In this document: in pieces, positions 8,479-16,526 of the stretch | Numbering within the stretch: the stretch's first letter is position 1 | How the letters are laid out: each line of letters opens with the position of its first letter | NCBI GenBank assembly: GCA_024275415.1 | Contig: JAJRZD010000024.1 | Span: forward strand, 1 to 32,000 | DNA: 32,000 nt | From: an archaeon | GTDB lineage: Archaea > Asgardarchaeota > Thorarchaeia > Thorarchaeales > Thorarchaeaceae | Direction of reading: 5' to 3' | The notes under the pieces: generated by a model | Told to the model about the DNA's origin: nothing | The model's input: only the letters and a program-made list of their open reading frames with translations | The model's database searches: none | Translations under genes and position numbers: made by a program

Positions 8479-8769
8479 ATTTAGCCCATGTTTGACAGTA
8501 AGCATGTAACCCGTACACACCTACCAGACTATTGCCACTTTAACTTCTCTCAAAGGATGCTAATAACTCTTTCCCTAGGGTATATTTGGACATTTCTTGT
8601 ATACGATTGGTTAATAATAGTAATATATTTTAGATTAATAGTTGTATTATTAAACAATAATGTCATAATTGGTTGGGAATTGATAGTTATTTGACGTGTG
8701 GATCGAGGTATAGGAAATGTATCAAAAAATTAAACCGTGTTAATGAATTCAATTCATACCATAATTATA

Positions 8770-8813
8770 ATAGGAAATAATAAAAAGAAGAGGGATGGTT
8801 CTTGGCCATCCTC
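8770..8813 (-). terminator. Hairpin plus T-tract terminator of tes
   Basis: Minus strand GAGGATGG-CCAAGAA-CCATCCCTC then TTCTTTTTATTATTT, starting 12 nt after the tes stop. Confidence 0.65.
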
Positions 8814-8824
8814 AAACATTATTC

Positions 8825-10480
8825 TCAATCAGTTGCAACGAAAGGATTGGAAAGGCTTTCTTCTTCAACTTGGGAGGGTTTGTGCTTACCACGCCACACA
8901 TCGATGGGTTGTGAGAACTTGTCCTCGACACGAGAGCGATGGATGGTATTCATGGTGCAGAATGGGACAATCCGACCGTCAGGGACTGCATAGTTGATGT
9001 CGCAGTGCTGGATACGCTCAAGGTCGAAGTTGTACGGATCCTGAAAATGCATCATTCCAAGCATGATGATCCTCCGCATGAATTGAGCGAGGGAATCATA
9101 ATCACCTCGATTAAGGAAGGCGTTCAGGAGATCCATCAGGATCCCTTTCTTCTTGAAGTGACGGGCGCCAGCAGCCAACTTTGCCTTGGCACGCTTGCTT
9201 GCAGCTCTCTTACTATCGGCATAAAGATTTGCGATTTCCTCTAGTAACTTGATGAATGCATCAACGTTGATGATCTCAGTGATTGGCTTGTAAGAACCGT
9301 CATCTTCAATGTAAAGGAATGTAGCCATCCCACAAGCAAAGTGTGAGCTTAGCTCAAGTTGTGGGCCACCCTTGATGAGCCCAAGTGCGCGTCCGACAGG
9401 CATCATCGCAGGGACGGGGTACCATGAATCCTTTGTGATCACGCCATTGGTCTGTTCCTCAATGAGCTTGATGGCGTCAGGGATTGTAATCCTCATCTTC
9501 TCACGGGATTCGTGATCAATCCGTCCTGTGATACTGACAGGCTGGAAATTGACACATCGGATAACATCTCGGTTCTCCACAGCAAACTCGATGATCCCAC
9601 CAAGCTGGTCGCTATTCACACCCCGGACGACAGTCGGAACCAACACGATAGATTCCATTCCCACTTCACGAGCATTTTGAATTGCCTGTTTCTTAATGGG
9701 GAGCAAGTTCGAACCACGAGCCTCGATATAAGGTTCTGGAGTGATACCATCAAACTGCATATAGATGGTTGAGAGACCCGCATCACGGAGCTCCTGAAGG
9801 TACTCCTTGCTTTTCCCTACACGGATGCCATTACTGGCAATCTGAACATGTCTGAAACCGAGCTGTTTTGCCCACCTGATATATTGGGGTAGGTGCTTGC
9901 TAACAGTGGGCTCGCCGCCTGCGAATTGCAGTGCAGGTGCGGGGACAGGCTTGTTGCTACGTAGATTCTTCATCATGTCAAGGACTTCATCTGGTGTTGG
10001 TTCATAGACATTGCCACCTTCAGCAGCAACAGCAAAACAGATGGGACATCTCAGGTTGCAACGGTTGGTGACATCCAATAACGCAAGTGCGGTGTGTGAC
10101 TTATGCTCGGGGCATTGCCCACAGTCTTCAGGACAACCCTTGACAGTTTCAGTACGTGGGTTGTCGAGTCCGACTGATTTGTACCACCAATTCTGGGCTT
10201 TCTTGAACATCTCGGCGTCGCCCCAGTAGATATCAATGAACTCGCCATGCTTCTCACAGGATTTTTTGTACATGATCTTTCCATTCTCTTCGAATACAGT
10301 AGCGTCAATCACATGAACCTCATCATGCGCCAGTAAGCACTCTGGACAAATAGACTGTGTTGTATAGGGCAATTCTCTTGCAGCGTATTTCTCGACGTGG
10401 TACCGCGACAGGGGACCAGTGTCTTCATGCTTGACTGGGGTTTCGGGTATTGGCTTTATTTCATCGGTTGCCATAATCAT
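8825..10480 (-). CDS. tes: Tetraether lipid synthase (Tes / GDGT-macrocyclic archaeol synthase, MJ0619 family) radical SAM enzyme
   Basis: N-terminal CPEC...C-EKH metal site, CPEDCGQCPEH auxiliary cluster motif, radical SAM motif CNLRCPIC, QFAGGEPT, and C-terminal HCDINYAVPDGRIVPFC. Confidence 0.88.
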   Translation of the reverse strand: MIMATDEIKPIPETPVKHEDTGPLSRYHVEKYAARELPYTTQSICPECLLAHDEVHVIDATVFEENGKIMYKKSCEKHGEFIDIYWGDAEMFKKAQNWWYKSVGLDNPRTETVKGCPEDCGQCPEHKSHTALALLDVTNRCNLRCPICFAVAAEGGNVYEPTPDEVLDMMKNLRSNKPVPAPALQFAGGEPTVSKHLPQYIRWAKQLGFRHVQIASNGIRVGKSKEYLQELRDAGLSTIYMQFDGITPEPYIEARGSNLLPIKKQAIQNAREVGMESIVLVPTVVRGVNSDQLGGIIEFAVENRDVIRCVNFQPVSITGRIDHESREKMRITIPDAIKLIEEQTNGVITKDSWYPVPAMMPVGRALGLIKGGPQLELSSHFACGMATFLYIEDDGSYKPITEIINVDAFIKLLEEIANLYADSKRAASKRAKAKLAAGARHFKKKGILMDLLNAFLNRGDYDSLAQFMRRIIMLGMMHFQDPYNFDLERIQHCDINYAVPDGRIVPFCTMNTIHRSRVEDKFSQPIDVWRGKHKPSQVEEESLSNPFVATD

Positions 10481-10608
10481 TCACTCCATGACCACATGGA
10501 ACCACCACTACTAGGGGTGGTATTCTTCCTCGATTTCGCCGTTTTCCCAATATAACCTTTGTCCGAAGTTTCAGAGTATGAGTAGGGGTTGCAAACGATT
10601 GATATCGT

Positions 10609-10920
10609 TCATTCCATATCCAGAACAACCCCGTTAGAGAAAGCACCCCGTGCCAAATTTTTAGCAAGTCGCTGCATTTCAAGCAAGCCACTGTCAATCT
10701 TTCTATGTTTCACAAAGGCATCAAGTACCTCATAGAGATCTGCAAGCTCCTCTATATCACCAGTTTCAAACAATTCCTTGGCTTCCTCGACTATCTTCTT
10801 GCGTAGAAAAACATCCAGCTCTTGGTTCTTTACGATACGCACATTGGGGTTCGTCCCTGTCTTTTTCATTAGTTCAGGAATCTTATCCCGAACTAGCTTT
10901 TCAGTTCCCATCATATTCAC
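10609..10920 (-). CDS. MazG-like nucleoside triphosphate pyrophosphohydrolase (COG4997 type)
   Basis: KLVRDKIPE, LRKKIVEEAKE, EELADLYEVLDA. Confidence 0.85.
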   Translation of the reverse strand: MNMMGTEKLVRDKIPELMKKTGTNPNVRIVKNQELDVFLRKKIVEEAKELFETGDIEELADLYEVLDAFVKHRKIDSGLLEMQRLAKNLARGAFSNGVVLDME

Positions 10921-10928
10921 CGAGCGTT

Positions 10929-11600
10929 TTACTTTAGTACAAGAGCAACCTCGATCTGAGGTCTTGCGGCTTCAATGAACTGTGCGACCGCAGCCTGAAG
11001 GTCGGCAGGAATATCTCGGATCCAGGGTTCCGGTGAGCCTCTACTTACCGAGGCCTGCATGTTTTCAAACGGGAGATAGCGAATCCTAAAATCGGCATCA
11101 AAGGAAACCGAGCCACTCCATTGACCGTTCTTGAGAACCTCATAAACTGGACGAAAGTCACGCATCTCATCTGGACCTATTGCCACCCAATAGAACGACA
11201 TGCCACTGAACTGGGCAGGTTGCCCTAATCCGACAACATAGCTATCCATCGTGGCCTTTGCTGTTACTAGATTATACAGGATGCCAATCCTACAGTTCAG
11301 ACATTGATTGAATTCAAGTCCATCTCCACTTGCGTTCACGTAGGAAATGCCATTCTTCTCAATGTTGTCATCATTGCAATGGACACAGAGATTCATTCCC
11401 CACCGGACATCTATATGTTCGGAGAAAGGCCCCTCAAGGAATCTTTTTTCTGCAGAGGCAAAAGCCGCTCTTATTGCATCTTCCCCTTCAGAATCCATTT
11501 TCATACGAATGACTCTGAAAACCTCCAACAAGTCAGGCCAAGTCACATTGTATATCATATCAATCAATGCATCAAGAGTTCTGTCTTCCAGAGAGCTCAT
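10929..11600 (-). CDS. Hypothetical protein with two CxxC motifs
   Basis: About 223 aa; CVHC and CLNC spaced about 24 aa apart. SD-like GAGGTGA upstream. Stop lies 8 nt before the MazG-like start. Confidence 0.65.
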   Translation of the reverse strand: MSSLEDRTLDALIDMIYNVTWPDLLEVFRVIRMKMDSEGEDAIRAAFASAEKRFLEGPFSEHIDVRWGMNLCVHCNDDNIEKNGISYVNASGDGLEFNQCLNCRIGILYNLVTAKATMDSYVVGLGQPAQFSGMSFYWVAIGPDEMRDFRPVYEVLKNGQWSGSVSFDADFRIRYLPFENMQASVSRGSPEPWIRDIPADLQAAVAQFIEAARPQIEVALVLK

Positions 11601-11700
11601 CAAGACTCACCTCTATCACGACTATTCTGTCAATGGTGTTTAGATTCAACTCCCAATTAAGTGTTGGTCATACTAATTAGAGGTAGGCAACGTCAGTTAG

Positions 11701-11714
11701 CCTAAGATTTTTAA
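11701..11714 (+). promoter_or_regulatory. Putative TATA box of ileS, implying a ~150-nt leader
   Basis: CCTAAGA-TTTTTAA at 11701-11714. A start site ~25 nt downstream would coincide with the beginning of the leader hairpin at 11738. Confidence 0.45.
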
Positions 11715-11737
11715 CGGGGAGAGAAACGTGAATGTGA

Positions 11738-11885
11738 TAGGCATAAGGTGAGAAAGGATGGATTGCCAAATCATCGAACAATGGGAAGTACCGTTTTAGT
11801 CCATCCTCCAAGTTCATCTCACAAAATTGCCTAAGCGGATGTTTTCTGCAAGTCGATAACATTGAACCATTCCTACAGAGGGTGC
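11738..11885 (+). promoter_or_regulatory. Structured ileS 5' leader with uORF and RBS-sequestering hairpin
   Basis: Stems TAGGCA/TGCCTA, GTGAGA/TCTCAC and AGGATGGATTG/TAGTCCATCCT. Second hairpin CATTCCT-ACAG-AGGGGTG covers the ileS SD. Confidence 0.5.
11758..11799 (+). CDS. Candidate leader peptide MDCQIIEQWEVPF upstream of ileS
   Basis: ATG GAT TGC CAA ATC ATC GAA CAA TGG GAA GTA CCG TTT TAG, with SD-like AGGTGA (11746-11751) 6 nt upstream. Confidence 0.35.
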   Translation: MDCQIIEQWEVPF

Positions 11886-11889
11886 TATA

Positions 11890-14800
11890 ATGAACAAGCT
11901 TGCCAAGAGATATGACCCACGAGTTGTCGAGAGATTTGTATTGGAATTCTGGAAAGCCAATGAAACCTACAGGAGGACTGTTGAGCTGAGAGCAGATGGT
12001 CCTCGCTGGAATTTCCTAGAGGGGCCACCAACCACCAACGGTTTCATGCATGTGGGTCATGCACGCGGGAGAGCGATGAAGGATGCCCAAATCAGGTATA
12101 TGACGATGATGGGATACAATGTATGGAGACGGGGAGGTTGGGACACACAAGGTCTCCCAGTGGAGTTAGAGGTGGAGAAAAAAGAGGGCCTTGCAGAGAA
12201 GGGGCAGATAGAAGCGACAATAGGGTTAGAAACATTTGTTCAGAAATGCAAAGAACTCGTAGATTTCTATTTGGATCGATGGGTGAATGATTCGGTTCGT
12301 CTTGGGCTCTGGTTAGATTTCCCCAATGCATATCAAACAAGAAGAGATGATTACATAGAACATGTCTGGCATTTCCTCAAATTGGCAAGCGAGAAAGGTC
12401 TTCTTGGGAGGGGTTTTCGTGTCAATCCCACTTGTCCAAGGTGCGTGACTGCATTGTCTGGACATGAAGTTTCGCAAGGATACAAGACAAAGGTGGATCC
12501 TTCGATCTATGTCAAGTTCAGACTGGAAAGAAGTGATAACGAGTATCTAGTGATATGGACTACAACCCCATTCACCCTGATATCGAACGAGATGGTATCT
12601 GTTCATCCGGATTACAAATATGCAAAGCTGAAGGTCAATGATGAGTATTGGTGGGTTGTCGAAGACCTTGTCGAAACGGTAATGGAAAAGGCAAGGGCCG
12701 GGTCATTCAAAGTTGTGGAAACTCTACCAGGAAGGGACATGCTGGGATGGAAATATGTGCATCCGTTTCGTGATGAAGTCCCGTTCCATAAGGAACATAA
12801 AGAGAAGTATATGCATGCAGTCGTCACAGGAAAACATGTCACTGTAGAGGATGGAACAGGGCTTGTCCATACAGCTCCAGGTTTTGGACCTGATGACTTC
12901 AATATGGGAAAAGAATACAAGGTGCCAGTGTTTGTTCCCGTAACGACAAGTGGAACATTCACAGACGAAGTGCCTATGTTCGAGGGGAAGTATGTATTCG
13001 ATACCAACTCGATCGTACCAAGAATGCTTGAAGAGAAAGGTCTTCTTGTCAGAGAGGAAACAATAACTCACGAGTATCCACACTGCTGGCGCTGTGATAC
13101 TCCTTTGGTTTATCTAGCAGACAAGACCCAGTGGTTCCTGAAGATGGAGGGTGTCCGCGAAAAGCTGGTTGCGGAGAACAGCCGAGTTGACTGGACACCA
13201 GAGTGGGCCGGTAGCGGCAGGTTTGGCGATTGGGTCGCAAATGCAGACGATTGGTGCATATCCCGATCGAGGATATGGGGTTCACCTTTGCCAGTATGGG
13301 TGTGTGACAAGTGCAACCATGAGATTGTGGTGGGGTCTAGAGATGAGCTACGGAAGCTGACAAAGGAACTTCCTGATAATTTCGAGATGCATAGACCTTG
13401 GGTAGATAAGGTGAAGGTCAAATGCCCGAAATGTAAGGGAAACATGACCAGAGAACCATTCGTCATAGATTGCTGGCTGGACTCAGGGCTGGCCCATAGT
13501 GCAAGTATAGACTACCTTCGACAGCCGGATCTCTTCAAAGAGCTATTCCCATACGATTTCATAACAGAAGCGGTTGATCAATCAAGAGGATGGTTCTATA
13601 GCCTTCTCTACACATCGGTAGTACTTCATGACAGCGTTGCCTTCAAGGCATGCGTTAGTCAGGAGCATGTACTTGATGCGGAAGGAGGGAAAATGAGTAA
13701 GTCGCGTGGGAATGTCGTCTGGGCAAAGGACGCCTTCGAGGAGATAGGAGCCGATCCCTTTAGGCTCTTCATGCTCACAAAGAATGCATCCTGGACCAGG
13801 ACGAATTACGCACCAAAGGAGATAGACCTTACAAGAAAGAAGCTTGACATCTTGTGGAATGTATTTCTCTTTGCTGAAACATACATGGTTCTCGACGACT
13901 ACCGATATGACGAAAGGCGTTTCAAGAGAGGAGCGAAAAAGGCATCTTGGGAGGACAAGTGGCTCCTGTCAAGAATCCAGAGCGTCCTAAAGGAGTATCA
14001 TGATAACATGAGCAAGTTCTTCTGGCACCATGCTGGTAGAACGCTGTTAGAATTCATATCAGAGGATCTGAGCAGAATATACCTTCCATTGGTCAAGAAA
14101 CGCGTCTGGCTTGATGCAGACGACCCCCAGAAGGTAATGGCATATGATGTCCTATACTATACCCTGCAAACACTGTTACGTGCATTGAACATATTCACGC
14201 CATTCCTTGGCGAATACCTTCATCAGGAATTCCTGCTACGCTTTGGAGAACAACCCGAATCGATAAACTTGACAGACATGCCAAAAGTGGACGAGAAGTT
14301 GCTCGATCAAGAGATAGAAGCCACATTCCATGTATTAGAGGAACTTCGCTCTGCTTCAAGTCATGCCAGAAATAAAAAAGAAGTGAAACTGAGACACCCT
14401 GTTGCTAAGGTCATCTATATTGCAGACAGCGAAGATAATGCAAGACGAGCAGAGAAACTTGCTTCGTTGCTGCGTGGAGATCTCAACACGCGAGAGTTCG
14501 AAGTCCAGCGGACTGATGTCATGGCGGAGTTCACCCAGCTTTCAGTGAGACCAAATTTCAAGGTTCTCGGTCCAAAGGTGAAAGGTCTCATGAAACATCT
14601 CGTGACTGCCTTGCAAAAGGTCGATGCAGCCAAGCTAAGGGCAGACCTAGAAAAGGGCAAGGCTGAAGTCAAAGTCGGCAAGAACACAGTCAAGCTAGTA
14701 CCAGAGGATGTTGACTTCGAAGAAAGCCTTCCAGAGCACCTCAGTTTTGCAGACTGCAAGGTCGGTAAGGTGTATGTCGATATCACGCGCACAAAGGAAC

Positions 14801-15084
14801 TAGAGGCGGAGGGTCTCATACGGGATGTAACACGCCGGATACAGGTGATGAGGAAAGAGCGAGACCTCAATGTGGATCAAACGATAGACCTACTAGTCAA
14901 GTTCTTTGATAAAAAATCCTTAGACCTAGCCAAGATGTTCGAGGAATACCTAGCGTCCGAAACACGAGCTGGAACAATGAAACTTGTGGGACCGCAAAGT
15001 AAGCCAAGGTGGAAGAACTACGAATATGTCAAGGAATGGGAGATTGATGACCTGAAGATAAAGGTAGGCTTTACTACGAGATAG
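11890..15084 (+). CDS. ileS: Isoleucine--tRNA ligase
   Basis: EGPPTTNGFMHVGH (HIGH), GWDTQGLPVE, WTTTPFTL, GTGLVHTAP (editing domain), WCISRSRIWG, KMSKS. Confidence 0.97.
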   Translation: MNKLAKRYDPRVVERFVLEFWKANETYRRTVELRADGPRWNFLEGPPTTNGFMHVGHARGRAMKDAQIRYMTMMGYNVWRRGGWDTQGLPVELEVEKKEGLAEKGQIEATIGLETFVQKCKELVDFYLDRWVNDSVRLGLWLDFPNAYQTRRDDYIEHVWHFLKLASEKGLLGRGFRVNPTCPRCVTALSGHEVSQGYKTKVDPSIYVKFRLERSDNEYLVIWTTTPFTLISNEMVSVHPDYKYAKLKVNDEYWWVVEDLVETVMEKARAGSFKVVETLPGRDMLGWKYVHPFRDEVPFHKEHKEKYMHAVVTGKHVTVEDGTGLVHTAPGFGPDDFNMGKEYKVPVFVPVTTSGTFTDEVPMFEGKYVFDTNSIVPRMLEEKGLLVREETITHEYPHCWRCDTPLVYLADKTQWFLKMEGVREKLVAENSRVDWTPEWAGSGRFGDWVANADDWCISRSRIWGSPLPVWVCDKCNHEIVVGSRDELRKLTKELPDNFEMHRPWVDKVKVKCPKCKGNMTREPFVIDCWLDSGLAHSASIDYLRQPDLFKELFPYDFITEAVDQSRGWFYSLLYTSVVLHDSVAFKACVSQEHVLDAEGGKMSKSRGNVVWAKDAFEEIGADPFRLFMLTKNASWTRTNYAPKEIDLTRKKLDILWNVFLFAETYMVLDDYRYDERRFKRGAKKASWEDKWLLSRIQSVLKEYHDNMSKFFWHHAGRTLLEFISEDLSRIYLPLVKKRVWLDADDPQKVMAYDVLYYTLQTLLRALNIFTPFLGEYLHQEFLLRFGEQPESINLTDMPKVDEKLLDQEIEATFHVLEELRSASSHARNKKEVKLRHPVAKVIYIADSEDNARRAEKLASLLRGDLNTREFEVQRTDVMAEFTQLSVRPNFKVLGPKVKGLMKHLVTALQKVDAAKLRADLEKGKAEVKVGKNTVKLVPEDVDFEESLPEHLSFADCKVGKVYVDITRTKELEAEGLIRDVTRRIQVMRKERDLNVDQTIDLLVKFFDKKSLDLAKMFEEYLASETRAGTMKLVGPQSKPRWKNYEYVKEWEIDDLKIKVGFTTR

Positions 15085-15087
15085 GTT

Positions 15088-16425
15088 TCAGTCGAACGGG
15101 CTTGGGCTTTGTGAGAGCGTATCTGCCAATAGGTAGAAGAACTGTGCATTCTCTCTAATCGAAGACAGAGAAACCCATTCATTTGGCCCGTGAACGTTGC
15201 CACCCCTAGGTCCAAAATCAAATAGGTCTGCTCCCTTCCCTGTGAAATACCTCGAGTCAGATGCCCCGTATCCTTCAATTAGCTTGTAATCTATCCCTTC
15301 CTTGGTAAGAACCCATTCTGCGGCTCGTATCAGTCTTGAATCAGGATCCGAATTCACATAGCCTATGCCGTCATAGACCTTCAGTCGATGGATATCAACT
15401 CTGCTTTCCAGTACTCTCCTGAAGGCATCTTCAATTACAGAACCATCATTGGTCATGGAGCGGATATCGCAGTACAAAGTCCATTCGCCATCCTCTAGCT
15501 CGAACAGGTTGGGAGAGATGACAGTTCCAAGGTCAGAGTATTCGGCAGGAAATGATACGGATGAAAGAGGGAGCAAACTCCTGACAAGCCCTGTAAGGTT
15601 CTGGTCATATTCGATCTCCGTGCCCTCATCATCGGGGTACACCACTTCTAGTTCTACCCAGTCAGGAATCACATTCGATTTGACAAAAGACCCGCGAAGT
15701 GACTTGACAAACGTAAAGGCATTTAAATCGAGGTATTTGGATGCGGTTAGCAGAGCATGTCGGTCAACGCCAGGGCGCTGATATGCCGAGTGCCTAGAAT
15801 CACTCCCGAAAATCTGTGTTTCAAACCTAACAGTTTCTGCTTGGCCTCTGATGGATGCTAGTTTCTGCTTCGCCTTGATGACTCCTGGGAGAACGTTCCG
15901 CCTACGGTGTATGATGACCTGATTGATCCCGTCAGCGACAATGATATGGTCTGGGAAAAGGTCACTCTTTTGGAGATAATCGGCCAATATCGAGGCACCA
16001 TTCGCCCCTCCAATCTCCTCATCACCAGTCATTGCAAGCAACAATGTACAATCGAGAGGGTGTGAATTGAATAACTCTGCCAACAGCAGCATCGAAACAA
16101 TATTGCCCTTGTCATCGCAAGTCCCTCTGCCATAGGCAATATCGCCTTCAACGTGTAATGTGAATGGGTCAGTAGACCATCCGTTACCAGGGGGCACCAC
16201 ATCATAATGGGCAAGGAAGAGTATCTTTGGGCCGCTGTCACCCCTTTTGGCAAAGGAAGTGAGATAACCATTGGACTCGATGGTCTTGGTTTCAAAATCA
16301 CATATTTCAAGCCGAGAAGTGATGTGTGTGGCACACTCATCGGATGGCTTCTGGTCATTCCGCGGGTCGTTCACTGTATTGAAAACAACAAGCTCGGCAA
16401 GCTCAGTTCTAAGGTCAAAAGGCAT
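15088..16425 (-). CDS. M20 family metallopeptidase / ArgE-DapE-like deacylase
   Basis: LAHYDVVP, GRGTCDDKG, TGDEEIGG, ASDSRYF, HGPNE. Confidence 0.9.
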   Translation of the reverse strand: MPFDLRTELAELVVFNTVNDPRNDQKPSDECATHITSRLEICDFETKTIESNGYLTSFAKRGDSGPKILFLAHYDVVPPGNGWSTDPFTLHVEGDIAYGRGTCDDKGNIVSMLLLAELFNSHPLDCTLLLAMTGDEEIGGANGASILADYLQKSDLFPDHIIVADGINQVIIHRRRNVLPGVIKAKQKLASIRGQAETVRFETQIFGSDSRHSAYQRPGVDRHALLTASKYLDLNAFTFVKSLRGSFVKSNVIPDWVELEVVYPDDEGTEIEYDQNLTGLVRSLLPLSSVSFPAEYSDLGTVISPNLFELEDGEWTLYCDIRSMTNDGSVIEDAFRRVLESRVDIHRLKVYDGIGYVNSDPDSRLIRAAEWVLTKEGIDYKLIEGYGASDSRYFTGKGADLFDFGPRGGNVHGPNEWVSLSSIRENAQFFYLLADTLSQSPSPFD

Positions 16426-16526
16426 AGCAGTTCATCGAGGATAGACCATAGTTCATCAAAAATAGGTTTGCTTCAAGAAAAAATGCGATTGGTGACGCTC
16501 TGATGCGCCACCTCAGTTGGAAAGAA

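Noticed and set aside
8488-8997. Short plus-strand ORFs 8488-8694 and 8737-8997 in the AT-rich gap
   Set aside because: Hydrophobic or Ile/Asn-rich composition is expected from AT-rich DNA; non-ATG or unsupported starts; no recognisable motifs; the second overlaps tes antisense.
10500-10522. ACCACC...GGTGGT hairpin in the tes leader
   Set aside because: Short 6-bp stem that does not cover the RBS; too weak to support a regulatory claim.
11782-11793. TGGGAAGTACCG in the ileS leader resembles the T-box sequence (GGGTGGTACCG)
   Set aside because: The UGG that must pair with the tRNA CCA end reads AAG, and no Stem I or antiterminator architecture is visible.
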